DNA from: Chrysomallon squamiferum
Taxonomy: Eukaryota; Animalia; Mollusca
Length of the DNA: 64,000 nucleotides
Assembly (NCBI GenBank): GCA_012295275.1
Contig: CM022670.1
Location: forward strand, 29,884,001-29,948,000
Direction: 5' to 3'
Numbering within the stretch: the stretch's first letter is position 1; every line of letters starts with the position of its first letter. This document shows, piece by piece, positions 29,201 through 41,898 of the stretch. The notes under the pieces are model-generated. The model made no database searches. It was not told where the DNA came from and saw only the letters and a program-made list of their open reading frames with translations. Both the position numbers and the translations under genes were made by a program.

Positions 29201-30244
29201 TTTATACATAATGCATGTAACATCTTAATAGAAAAATAAATATATAAATAATAATAAAACAAAAAGGTTATCGGGGGAAAAAATTAATTACAAAAATGTA
29301 TTTAAACGAAAAAAAAAAATAATAATAACATAAACAGTACAATATTAGCCTATGTCGTATCTATTTTAATTTAATAGAAGCACGTGCATGCCAGTAAGGG
29401 GTTATTTATTTAATAATGACAACACCAGCAAACATCATCCCAACAAAAAAACCAACAAAAAAATGTAGCTTATTAACACACGTAATTAAAAACAAGAATA
29501 CAACTTGCTGTGAACTGAAACAATTGTACATTTTGTTTGGCAGTCATTGTAGTCCTGTGTAATGATGTCATTGATATCATTATCTGCTTTAACGTCTGTT
29601 TTGTGCTTGACTCTAATACTATAATTAACGTATCGATATTTTGCTGACATTGGCTGTCGTTCCTGAGTTGATTTAAATTAATCTCTTTTAACTTAAATTT
29701 TACATGCTTTATTAACCATTTCAAAACGATATTAGCCTCAGTTTCCATTACTTATCAATATGTCCAAATACGTAAAATATATTTTATTTGTTGGTTTCAA
29801 TAGTCAGTTATTTATCTATCCAGTTGCTCAGATTATAAAAGTAGCAGGAGTATATTGGAAACATAGTGGATGAAGTACCTTCTGATCTGTACCAATTTCT
29901 TTGGAAATTTTTGGGTCAGTTAAAGTATCTGTTAGGTTTACATTTTATGTAAGCTGATTGTGAACCAAATAATTTTTACACAGAATAAAATTTGTCTAAT
30001 CTCAATACATAACAAACGTTATAAATATTGCGTCTGATCTTACAGATATTTCATTATGTGCTATGATTGTGGATTCATACAATATGGTGATATTCATGCG
30101 TATCCTGATTTTAATAATCATGAAACAAAAAACAAAAAAAAAGAACCGTCTTGAAATAGGTTAGACATTCCGTTGGAGATCCCAATTATTATAAGTCCAG
30201 AAAGCAATAATATAATAATTATTATCAATTGTTATTTTGTTAAC

Positions 30245-30275
<31 letters not shown>

Positions 30276-30496
30276 ATTTTGAAGAAGAAGAAAGAAAACA
30301 AAATATACATTGTTCACATACAGTAAATCTGTTAAGTATATTATTTTTCACCTCTTGGACATCCATATTCTATCTCCTTTCTAGTGTAACCATGGCAACA
30401 TTCAAAGACTTCTATAACTTTTTTCTCCTTGTTTCCAATTCGTGATCTATGAAGAGTTAAGTTAAAAAAACACAGCAATAAAGTACGTTTATATAT

Positions 30497-30537
<41 letters not shown>

Positions 30538-31264
30538 AGTTCACCTGTAAGTCAATTATATTTAGTAGTAAAAATAAAAATAAAATAATAAAATAACACA
30601 CACACACACAAAATTACTGCCTTCGGTAGTTTTAAAATTTTGTTTACTTAAAACCAATCAAAACTATAGGTTAGACCATAGTTAAGTCTGTTTTTGTCAA
30701 GTTCTCTAATTAATGTTAATTAAAACAAATTTTAAATTTTGTGCACTCTTTTCTCTCAGACATAAAACAGACACACTTCTTCAAAATAATAATAGTAAAA
30801 TATGAGTTAAAATTTTGGTTACAAATCAGCAAGACTGCAACTACCAAAAGAAGCAGATGGTAAACTTACGTTGTAGTGCATTTGTACGCAGATTCGGTTT
30901 GATCACATATGTGACTCTGATAGCTGAAATGGCGCGAAATCGTGTTATCTTGAACATCCGTTAAGTTTGTTTCAGTGACGGTTCGACTTTTACACACATT
31001 CGGGCTGTTGATAGAAGAAATAGTAAAACTTTATTCTTGGAATTATCCAGGCAATTAATAACAACGAATAATCAAATAATTAGGAACCGTATGTAGAAGC
31101 ATCAGACTTTAACTGGCTCCAGATCTCACTGACCCACTGCAACATCATCAATAACAAACAATCTAGAAAGGACAAATGTATAAGTTATCCTTTGGCCTCT
31201 GTCTTCTCAGTCTGTATTTTTCATTACATTTCCTGCCAAAGAATTCTTGGATATGTGTTGTTTT

Positions 31265-31308
<44 letters not shown>

Positions 31309-34300
31309 TACGAAAGTTTTATTACCCAGTCCACCACAGCTGCCTGTCTCCACCGCGACCGAAGCTCCATCCCACACCCATGTTAAACCATTTGTTATGA
31401 GGGGGTCCAAGCGCAAACTGAAACCTGCGACGCAAATGGCTGGAAGAAAAAATAATAATAATTGTTATTTTTATAAATCATGTAACATTCTATGGTTTTA
31501 CTTATCTGTAAATAATAATAGCCAATGAAACAATACAAATGGTTAATAAGACTTTATTTAACTGAATGTTCTATGTAATTTTCAACAAAACTGCTTCTGC
31601 GATTTTTCTAGAAATACGCCATTTCCAGCAATTAGAACTTTCGGTCTACAAGTTTCAACTAATATTTTAGAGTAATATTTTAACAATGAAAAGGACCAGA
31701 TATGTACTTTTTGTGCCTGAATTAATGGATATTTTTATAATCTTTGGTCTGTGGAAGCTAAATTGATGAATTATTATTTCTCCCCCATCCCAGCTATTAG
31801 ATAAGTAGCTATATATTTTATTTCAGTAGTGAATATGAATGCTACTGAAGAAAATCATTTTCCTCTGAAATAAAATTAGTTTGATCTCTGCAGATATTCG
31901 GTTTTAAAGTGTCCAGATTTATTGATTTATTTATTTAATTTTATTATTGTATTATTTCTGTTTCTAACAGTCCCAGTATTATTATATTTGGTAAAACAAA
32001 CAGAAAGGGATTGCATCAGAAACTTGTTCACAGTATTTTTTTTTCTTCTATTTTTCGTGATGATTAATTAGATATATGTGTACTGGCATATCCTTGCTCT
32101 TGTTAAAGACCCCATGCTAAAAAAAAAAAAAAAAATTGGAACATAACCCATTAATCATGACAGAACATGCAGAACATATGTAAGAACATAAATACAACAC
32201 ACAGATAAAGATAAATCAACAAATAAAATAAAATGAAATTAAAAGAACCAATGAACTGACATCAAAATATTACAAAACATTATGGAAAAGCGCACATGTC
32301 AGAAACATGTGATATATATAACGTCAAGTTTGTCACGTCACAATAGACCTAAACTTTATTCTGGAAAATATTACAAACAGCTAGGAAGTGCATTTACCTT
32401 TTGTTATACACACTCTAAGCCTGTACAGGAAGTTTGGTACTTTACTGTATCAGTGAAAGCAGTGGAATCAATCACACACACTACACTGGCTGATAAAAAT
32501 CAGTTTGGTAGAATATACGGAAGTTATTTCAGGATAAAACAGTTTTAAAAATTCAGTTATGGATCCCCTTTTTACTGCTGGAATTAACATTTTGGCGAGT
32601 GGTTCATAAAAATATTATATTTCAATAGGTCTCATTCAAAGAAAAAAAAAGAAAAAAATATTAATAAGGAATTTCATGGGAATTTAAAAAAATTGTGTTA
32701 TATTGCTCAAAATCCGTTCTTGCATTATATATAGAAGTGCATTAATTATTTTATTTTATTTTTTTTATTTTTTTTGAAACATTCAACCAATTACAGATAT
32801 AACCTAGAAATCTTAGAAATAACAAAAATCATTTATAGCATTGAAAGTAAATCACAAATTATTTGATCAAGCTGGAACAAGGAGGTAACCTATGAACTGG
32901 CCCACCGGTTCTGAACAAATTATATCTATCGATCCTAGAGTACTTCGATAATTATGGCAATTTATAAATTTTAGCACCGTGAGTTATAAGGTTTATACTA
33001 TTACAAATAATTACAATAATTATTTCTTAAATTATTTTTTTATATTTATGATAGATACTGCTTTTTTCAATAAACCAATGAAAATAAAATTAAAATATTA
33101 AATTGAGAAATAAATAAATAATAATAATAATAATAATACATTTCTATTTATAACTTTAGCCAAGTATAGAATGTATGTTGATTTTTACCGTCTTTAAGAA
33201 AATGGAACTGTAATAAATTTGCTGATTTCTTTATTTCATCGACTAGTACTGCTTCTATCACACTGATGACATAATCTTTTGTGAATCGATTCTAAGAGTT
33301 AAGAGAAAGCAAAAAACAAAAGAAGAAGTGAAGAAAGCAATAAAACAATATTACTCTTTGGACTTCGAGATGTACTCTACAGTCTCTGCACTCAGTCAAC
33401 ATAATAAAGTTGTCTGCTGAGCAGTGTGATGATACATGCAACTTTCAGTTTCCGCAAGCAGAAAAGGCTGTCGATATATTCAGTAATTAAAACTTGGTGC
33501 TTTTTATAATTTGATGTGTTGTGGTCCCAGTATGTACATGTTAATATATCAATGTTAATTAACTTTATTGTTTCAGTTTTCTTTTTCTTTTGAAACAAAC
33601 TTGGGCCTTTGACATATTTATTTTACCCAACTTTTATCCACTTTTGATCATGGTTCCTATTTTATATATAACATACAGGGAAAGATGACAAAATACCAGT
33701 TCCTATATTCATTTTATCTCTGTGTTTTACAGATTTGATTTCATGGTTGAATAATAACGGAATCAATCAACTGTATCATTTATTTTCTCTTTATTACTAA
33801 CGAAATAATATATACAGGGTGTCCCAGAAGTCACGCAGCATGAAGATTTTTATTTAGATACACATAAATTAGTAGCGAAACCCTCAACAGAGTAAAAAAC
33901 AGTTTTATAAAGAGAATTGAAGTATGTATCAATGCAGAGGGCAAGCAATTTGAGCATTTGTTATGATTATTATTAATGAAATTTTTATTCATATGTATCT
34001 AAATAAAAATCTTCATGGTGCGTGACTTCTGGGACACCCTGTATAATGTGAACAAACACAACAGAATAGCAGTTATAATCGCCTTGTGTGCTTATAGATT
34101 CATATTCATGTTAATGATATGAAAATGGTTACTGCAACTTGGGTCCACGTAGGACCTTAACCCTACCAATGTTACCACTGTATCTAATGTTTGACTGATG
34201 AGCCTTAATTCTGAAAATTACGTTAAAGGTGCGCATTCTATAATCGACTTAAAAAAAATATTTGTAGCTTGTAATCTCTACTATGAAATAATTTAAAAAC

Positions 34301-34934
34301 CTTTCATTCTAATTTAAAACTGATGTTTTAATATCATTTTCATACTTCACACTACGAGTTACAAATCCTTATCTGAAGTCATATCAGGAAAGATTATCTT
34401 TTGTGTAATTTTCTTTGCTAAATCTCGAAATCTGAGCTTGTCGATTTGCAAATGCAAGAAAAAACGGAAGAACAATTTAAACAATTGGAAAAGAAATATA
34501 ATAAAAAATGAATAAGTAATTATTTGTTACCAGCTGGTGTAAAAATGCGTATGCAGTGATTTTAGTGTCATTCTGCATAATTCTCAACTTTTTAAATAAA
34601 TGCAACAACAGTGATGAACAACACACAAACAAAAACACACACACACACACACACACACTCTCTCTCTCTCTCACCAAAAAACTAAATTAAAAAATTGTCA
34701 CATAATATTTTTATGTTATTTTCACATACGCTGGTTCTCACAGCCGAACTACGTGGAGCTTAACGAGTTTCCTCATATGGTATTTTCAGCATGTGATCAT
34801 TGAAAACAAATTTAGTTCAATCTATTAAAAGTAACAACAACAGCAGCAATAATAATAACTAATGTTTATTCAGATTTTGTTTTCTTTATTTCTTCCCTTA
34901 TTTTTTGGTTTAATTATAATCTTTTATTATTCTT

Positions 34935-34978
<44 letters not shown>

Positions 34979-35408
34979 ATTTCATATCATTATTTTATTT
35001 AGTCAAAAAAAAGAAGAAAAAAAAAAGAAAAGAATGGATGAATGAATAAATATTTCTGTTTAAAGATCAGGCTTATATGAATGGTTAATTCCGATATTAC
35101 TTATTAGGCCTTACATTTTTGTTATATAATGATATTAGAGACGAAACCTTTATCCATAACCTGCTCTTGCTGATACTCATTAGCATCAAAGGATATTAAA
35201 TATGCACCTTCCACGACAGGAATGCACATACCAAATAGCCAAAGTTAAAACATTCTTTAGATAATGGCTGAACGGGAAATAAATAAATCATCTCAGCAAA
35301 CACAATAGATCCCGTGAACCATTACATCTCATGTAGTCTTTTAACTTGCTCTAACGTTAAAAATAATTAAGAAAATTATTAATAATATAATAGCAGATCT
35401 TTATCATC

Positions 35409-35456
<48 letters not shown>

Positions 35457-35656
35457 AAAATAAAATAAAATTACCGTTTTGTTAATCCATCCCAAAACGA
35501 TGGCTTGGCAAAATCGAAACCGAAGATTTCTGATTCCATGTCTCGCTGCATTTGATTTTTATTCTTATGCTTTTTTCTTTTATTCTTTCGACATTCCGAG
35601 TTTGAGATAAGAACTGCAACAATTAAAACCAGCACAAGGAGAAACTGTATCTTCAT
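22497..35656 (-). CDS. TGFBI: Secreted EMI + four fasciclin-1 domain protein, TGFBI/periostin-like (~772 aa)
   Basis: Exons (minus): 35656-35475, 31439-31326, 31004-30870, 30446-30352, 28989-28802, 28305-28093, 27394-27244, 26942-26802, 26580-26368, 25899-25766, 25441-25271, 24791-24693, 24067-23921, 23388-23298, 22741-22497, all in phase. Signal peptide, EMI motifs GPNVC and ECCHGY...GCP, four T(V/F)FAP H1 motifs, and ATNG(V/L)xH-type H2 motifs. The symbol denotes the family, not strict orthology. Confidence 0.92.
26046..26112. repeat. (CA)n(CT)n compound microsatellite
   Basis: Directly visible, within a fasciclin-gene intron. Confidence 0.9.
33815..34041 (+). mobile_element. Tc1/mariner-superfamily MITE with ~50-bp TIRs and a transposase C-terminal remnant
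   Basis: TA|CAGGGTGTCCCAGAAGTCACGCA.CATGAAGATTTTTATTTAGATAC ... GTATCTAAATAAAAATCTTCATG.TGCGTGACTTCTGGGACACCCTG|TA. The interior 33868-33966 encodes ISSETLNRVKNSFIKRIEVCINAEGKQFEHLL*. Confidence 0.9.
35180..35233. mobile_element. Degenerate SINE-like interspersed repeat core
   Basis: TTAGCATCAAAGGATATTAAATATGCACCTTCCACGACAGGAATGCACATACCA. Related copies occur at ~23069-23110, at 56911-56960 (reverse) and at ~45062-45108 (reverse). It resembles molluscan Nin/Deu-domain SINE cores, recalled from memory and unverified. Confidence 0.5.
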
Positions 35657-36173
35657 TTTGTCGTTTAAAATAAAATTTCTCTGTCAGCGTGTTGTTGCAA
35701 CCACTTGCAAATTGTTCAATATATGCACAACCAACTGCACAAAATATCGTCTGCAGTCTGCAGCTGAATCTGAAAGAAATGGTGACTGTTACTGTGGTGT
35801 TCTTGTTTTTATTTCGACAAATAATTCATGTGACCTGAGATAGAAACAGGATGTAATATTACTGTAACTGTTCGGTGAGTGGAATGTTCCAGAATGTTCT
35901 CTCAAAGAGAGTTGACACTGTCACGTTTTAATAATGCCTTGTTTTACGACGCTCATAGGAAACAACATAGGTTTTCAATGAATACTTTAATGGCGATTTA
36001 TCAGTCGAGATTTAAGAATAACTGCGCTGCCAATATAAATTATTCGATTTTTCCCTTCGATCGCAAGAACTGAACTATCAAAAGCGAATACAGAAAATTA
36101 ACAGAAATAATGTACGATTTAACGAAACGATAAAGCATGAGTTAAAAATACATATGCCTAAACACTAGAAATA

Positions 36174-36180
<7 letters not shown>

Positions 36181-36245
<65 letters not shown>
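36181..36245. repeat. (GA)n microsatellite upstream of the fasciclin gene
   Basis: About 32 perfect GA units. Confidence 0.95.
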
Positions 36246-36247
<2 letters not shown>

Positions 36248-36654
36248 GTTATTAAATGAAGAACAATGGTAATTTGTATTAAACGTATTTAAAAACAATA
36301 CTGTCAAAATATTGTCAATCTATTTTGTGCAATAATGTTGTGCAAGGTAAATCAAATAAATAATACAGTTATGTATACAAATTTAATTTATAATATTAAA
36401 AAACCAAAAATAAATAAATAAATAAATAATAATAAATGAAACGACTTTATAAATTGTACTTCGAAGTTAGCGGAGGATTCGTGCCTGATTCAGAGAGGTT
36501 TATCCAAGAAATAATACAGCAGGTGATTTGTGATTTTAAACTCTATCACTCTGCCAGTGTAAAGTCCTTTTATTAGTGTTATTCTGCATTAAACCGCATG
36601 TGGTGTTAAAGAGCAGTTTAGCAATAATCAGAGTGCTTACTATCATGGCTTGCT

Positions 36655-36696
<42 letters not shown>

Positions 36697-37208
36697 ACTT
36701 CGTTGACCAACATCAACAGTTGAACATTTTCGTAAAAGTAACTGACGCTTGGAATATCTTCCGGTGGACCATGCATATACTCAAACAGATGACAGAAATA
36801 AGTTTTAAGTCTTCTGTTTAATCATATATGAGACTTTATAGTTAATAACTTAATTTAAATATTGCTTACATTTTATGTAGTTTAAACTAGGCGCAGAAAA
36901 AAAATGACCTTAAACCTTACGCTTGGCGATTACGTTCCTATGACGTCAGTTAAAGAAATGATACAGTAGCGGGGGGAAAACTAAAAGAAAGAGAAAAAAG
37001 ATGCTCATGGAAACGGGTTTTAGTAACTAGGTATATGTTAAACCCCTCCGTTATAATTTATTTATTTATTTGTTTATTTATTTTTGAAACATGGTATATT
37101 TCATGATCATTTTGTGCTAACATGCTTACATTAAGCGCGCGTGTGTGTGTTATTTATTTTTGTAACATGGTAAATCTTAGGGTCATTTTGAACTAAGATG
37201 CTAACATG

Positions 37209-37241
<33 letters not shown>

Positions 37242-37245
<4 letters not shown>

Positions 37246-37973
37246 CATTCCGTGTCAAATCACCCAATGGTTTAAACCCGACCGTCTCAGATTTTTATGA
37301 AACTTGGTATACTTGTTGACTGGGATCCCACAGCACCAAATCTGAAATGTTAGCTCAATCAGACCAGTGGTGTGGGAGATACGGCCCACCGAATTTTGAG
37401 ATTTTTGCCAAAAATGGGTGTGACCATCAACCTTAGAACCCTCATATCTCAGGAACTACTGGGCCAATCTTCATAAAATTGGTATTGTTAGAAAGGCAAA
37501 ATGACAAGGATACCAAATCTGCCATTTTTGTTTAGTTTGGAAAATATTGGAGTACCTTGACCTTTTGACCTTTGCTATGACCTTGAAATTGACCGTGTGG
37601 ATCACGTGATCTTGAGATGACCTTTATTGAAATTTAATCTCCCACATGTTAACTAAAACATATAAAAATTTCCTGGGTGTAATATTTTTTGTTTAGCCAC
37701 AATATAGATTTAAAAAATGCACATACATGAAAATAACACCTTTTCAGCCATTAACATCTGATTAACTAAAACCTGAATGATCAATTCTGGATGCTAGGAA
37801 TCACCATCTCTCTTGATCATCGAGTAAGAACAAAGTCAGTGCTTTCCTAATATAACAAAGTCAGTGCTTTCCTAAATAATAAATCAAATCCTGAAAACCT
37901 TAGAAATTTTAGAAATCTGAGACGGGCGGGTTTAAATTTTTTTTTTTTTGTGTGATTTGACACGGAATGACCC
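37242..37973. mobile_element. Non-autonomous DNA transposon, Sola2-like
   Basis: Perfect 22-bp TIR GGGTCATTCCGTGTCAAATCAC / GTGATTTGACACGGAATGACCC, inserted in a (TA)n run with TATA on both flanks. Related to 48724-50319. GGG termini plus a 4-bp TSD fit Sola2; the superfamily is inferred. Confidence 0.8.
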
Positions 37974-38214
37974 TATATATATATTGCATTATCTGTTATA
38001 TACTCTAATTCATACCTGTTATTACAATTTCTAATTCAAAACTATGATTTAGCCACATGTACTGATTCACATGTACATGATGTGCATAATAAATAAGCAG
38101 TTATATGACAAAATAAAATAAAATAAAAATAACGTGCTTTAAAATTTATTTGAAACATTAAAATATTATTTTTGTCATCATCATCATAGCCGCTATTATT
38201 AGTAGTAGTATGGT

Positions 38215-38252
<38 letters not shown>

Positions 38253-38448
38253 TAGAAGTAGTAGTAGTATTGAAGCTCAAGACAAAACGTTCTGCCTATC
38301 GTCATAACAAAACGATACCTAATACACTGAAGATTTTGCTATAAACAAACAAACAAATACCTGAAACCATTTTTTTTTTTATGCCATCACTTCAAGCTAA
38401 AGCAAATTTACAAATAACAACATACATAAATCACATATAAACAAAAAA

Positions 38449-38479
<31 letters not shown>

Positions 38480-39085
38480 GATATATAGATACGTGTTCTA
38501 ACTGTTAAATTATATATTTTATGTAATCAAAAATGTTAGTGGTAACAGCTGGTAATATATTTAAACATTTTCTTTTCAAGGTATCATTATGCGTAAAATA
38601 AAACATATCGAATTATATTTATTGTTAATATTAAAATAAAATGAATCAACAATTATAGTAAAAATGCTTCTTAAAATTATTGTATTTTATTTTGTATTCA
38701 AACGCACACAAAAACATAAAACAAAAGAAATAAATAATGAAATAGAAATAAATATATAGAAGTATTTTTAATTTTGTCACTTGTTCCTTTAAATGATGTA
38801 ACAACAACAGCAGCAACAACAACAACAATAATAATAATAATGGAAGCAATGACGGTACATATTCTGTAAGCAGCATTGTGATGGGTAGTGATCAGATTAG
38901 AGTAAGGACACGTATGTAACAAAATTAGAAATCTGTTTGGAAAAGGAGCCGTTTTAAAAAAAGATACGAATGCATGTGTCTGTGTGTCTGCATCTGCGTA
39001 TGTATGATGAGGTTGCTTCACTTAGATAATGAGTATGGTTAAGATTTGCAGTAGTTACGTCTTAGTATACAGACATGGAACACTC

Positions 39086-39133
<48 letters not shown>

Positions 39134-39349
39134 TTATTATTATTATTATTATTGTTATTATTATTATTATTATAGTTTTTGTTGTAATTGTTCATTGTCA
39201 TAAAAATTCAGCTACGTTATATACATGTATTATTATTGTTGTTGATGTTACTATTATTACAAAATGTTATTTTTGTATTTGTTTCATCGTTAATATTATT
39301 TAGTTATTGCTGATGTTGCTGTTTGTGTTGTTTTTTGTCGTCGTCGTCG

Positions 39350-39380
<31 letters not shown>

Positions 39381-39402
39381 GATTATTATTATTATTATTA
39401 TT
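39086..39402. repeat. (TTA)n microsatellite cluster
   Basis: Long TAT/TTA runs at ~39086-39172 and ~39352-39402. Similar (TAA)n runs occur at 40426-40480 and 44721-44772. Confidence 0.9.
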
Positions 39403-40424
39403 ACTGCATCACTTAAAGGAGCAATTAATATGTCCATTTAAACTGTCACACATGCACCTGATACACACTTGAATTTTCCGGTATCATTAAGATACAGAGC
39501 ATCCGTGCGGAAGGCTATGTGTAAAAACGGTGACGAGTTCAGGAAACAGAACGACATCGAATACACCGAGGAGAAAGTCTGCACTGTTCTGATAACGAAT
39601 GAAGAAAGAACAATAGAAGCTATTTCTCATTAGTAATTTATCACCAGATATTTATTTTAGGACATATTATTCTCATGTACATCTGACCATTTTAGCAGGA
39701 TTAAAAGATGAAAAAGTTTGGGGACGAAGACGTTAGGGTTGTGTAACTGATGAAATAAATAACTTAATAAGGGAAAACAAAATAAATTATCTGATATTTC
39801 AAACTGCTTCTCCTTAAATTCAGTGTCGCTAGAAATTTGTAATTTAATAATAAATTATACATATTAAATATTTTACATTAATAAAGATAAAGAAGGACGT
39901 AAGGGATAATTACAGTAGTATTAACATTTAAAATACATATATCTATTATATCTCTATTTTACATACCTGGACCGCATAGTCATTATGACATTATATATAA
40001 AAAGCAACAACGACAACAAAACTAACAACAACAACACAACAATAACAATAATAATAATTATGTCAATGTTGATGACGATGAGAATGATGATACACGATAA
40101 CTGAAGTTTCATCATGGATATGTATATTTCAAAGAATACTGATAATAAAATATACTGAAATAAACTTCTTTTTTTTTTTTTTTTTTTTTTTTCAAATATT
40201 AATATATGTATTAATATCATTTACTCCAGTAAAAGTGTTTTCTGTTATTTTAACTACAGCTGATGACTTTATGTATCTTTATTCTTTGCACATAATACAC
40301 ATACGCACACGCACACACACACGTGTGAGTTTATACTAATTATAAAAACGAATTAAATAATGGCGACGATAATAATATAAAAATGACTAATCCATGAACG
40401 ACCTAGTACATTGTGTCAAAACCA

Positions 40425-40481
<57 letters not shown>

Positions 40482-41290
40482 TCTTTTTTAAAATACCTGT
40501 AAGATAATAACAATGGACAACAACAGCGTAACATAGCATCATCATCATCAATAACAACAACAATAGTAATGAAAATAATGATTCAGTTGAACATGATTAT
40601 TTTCATTTGCATTAATAGATAAGTAATTACAATCATCATCATCTTTTTCATCTTAATAATCATACTTATTAAACTAACCACCTAACTAAATAAATGATGA
40701 TGAGGTGAATAATTCAGAAACTGGCGACGAATTAGAAAATAATCGCCTTTTGACCGCAATCGATAATGCGATATGGATGACTGGTTGCTAGGAAGCAATT
40801 ATCTCCCTTGTGTTTGTTTACGATATCGCCACTAATCGCTTACCCTGGTTACGGTGTTTTCGGTACTTCCCATAACGGATTCATAAAGCTGCACTTACTA
40901 ATTCGGTATGCCATAATTTCTTTCTATTTGCTATTGATACCCAAAGTGTAATAAGTAAGCCTGGATATTAATGTCAGCTTGATTTAACATAACTGGCTTA
41001 CGGAGATTAAGCAGTTTTATTTGAATAATCTTAGATGCTACTTCTCAAATCGTGAGATCTTTACTTTCGATTTAAGAACTTAAGATAAAGAGATAAGATT
41101 TTTAAAAATGATAAAATTCCTCATACTTTTTTTACAGTAAATTACTCGATTTAAATGTACACTGTTTGGTTATTTAATGTGCCAATCCATACTCAGCATT
41201 CACTCCAGATTAATAATTAAAAATGTGATTGGAATTATTTATTTATTTATTTATTATTTAGTTAATTATTAATACATGCATTTACTTATG

Positions 41291-41324
<34 letters not shown>

Positions 41325-41424
41325 TTTGCTGTTACTGTTAGTGTTATTGTCGTTATTGTTGTTATTGTTATTGTTATTGTTATTATTGTTGTTGTTATTA
41401 TTATTGGTTTTGACAGAATACACT

Positions 41425-41898
41425 ATGTCATATAACGTGGGATACACACTTGATCGCCCTCACAATAAAAGTCTGTACAGCACCATCCCACCGAGGTTGG
41501 ACAAGATGTCTGCCGTGTCAACTCTGAACAGAATCGCCATCGTTGCCTGTGAACGGATAATGTTACTCATGAACAACACGGAGATGACTAAACACAGAAG
41601 AATGGCAACCATGGATGATGTCTTATTGTTTCTCAGCGGCAATCACGATGACGTTGGCTTATGCGGCGACAGAGGCGATTTCTACCGCCGTAAATTGGCC
41701 GAAGAATTGTATGCAGCATTTTCAGTACATGGTGTAACCCATGAAAATATCATGGGAGTGGTTTCGGGAGCCATCGATTTAGAACGTGAAACCAGACTTA
41801 TACTTCAGTGCAGCGGATGTGTGAGAGATCAAGCCCCTCGTGTAAATATTGATAATACAGTGCTGGACATTTTAGCTCGCATTGCCAATTTGCATTAA
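41425..41898 (+). CDS. Uncharacterised 157-aa protein, single coding exon
   Basis: Acceptor TTTTGACAG at ~41408-41416 and ATG at 41425. The ORF is GC-richer than its flanks with non-repetitive globular composition (MSYNVGYTLDRPHNK...DILARIANLH*). A candidate upstream non-coding exon donor CG|GTATGC is at ~40906. No family was recognised. Confidence 0.75.
   Translation: MSYNVGYTLDRPHNKSLYSTIPPRLDKMSAVSTLNRIAIVACERIMLLMNNTEMTKHRRMATMDDVLLFLSGNHDDVGLCGDRGDFYRRKLAEELYAAFSVHGVTHENIMGVVSGAIDLERETRLILQCSGCVRDQAPRVNIDNTVLDILARIANLH

Noticed and set aside
36715-36830. Possible LINE 3'-end remnant (VTDAWN...SFK)
   Set aside because: Too short and degenerate to call confidently.
36941-36948. Perfect CRE palindrome TGACGTCA upstream of the fasciclin gene
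   Set aside because: A single 8-mer is not far from chance expectation in 64 kb, and there is no corroboration.
41326-41424. Poly-Leu 'signal peptide' at the start of the 190-aa ORF in the track
   Set aside because: It is a (TTG/TTA)n microsatellite upstream of a splice acceptor; the plausible start is the ATG at 41425.
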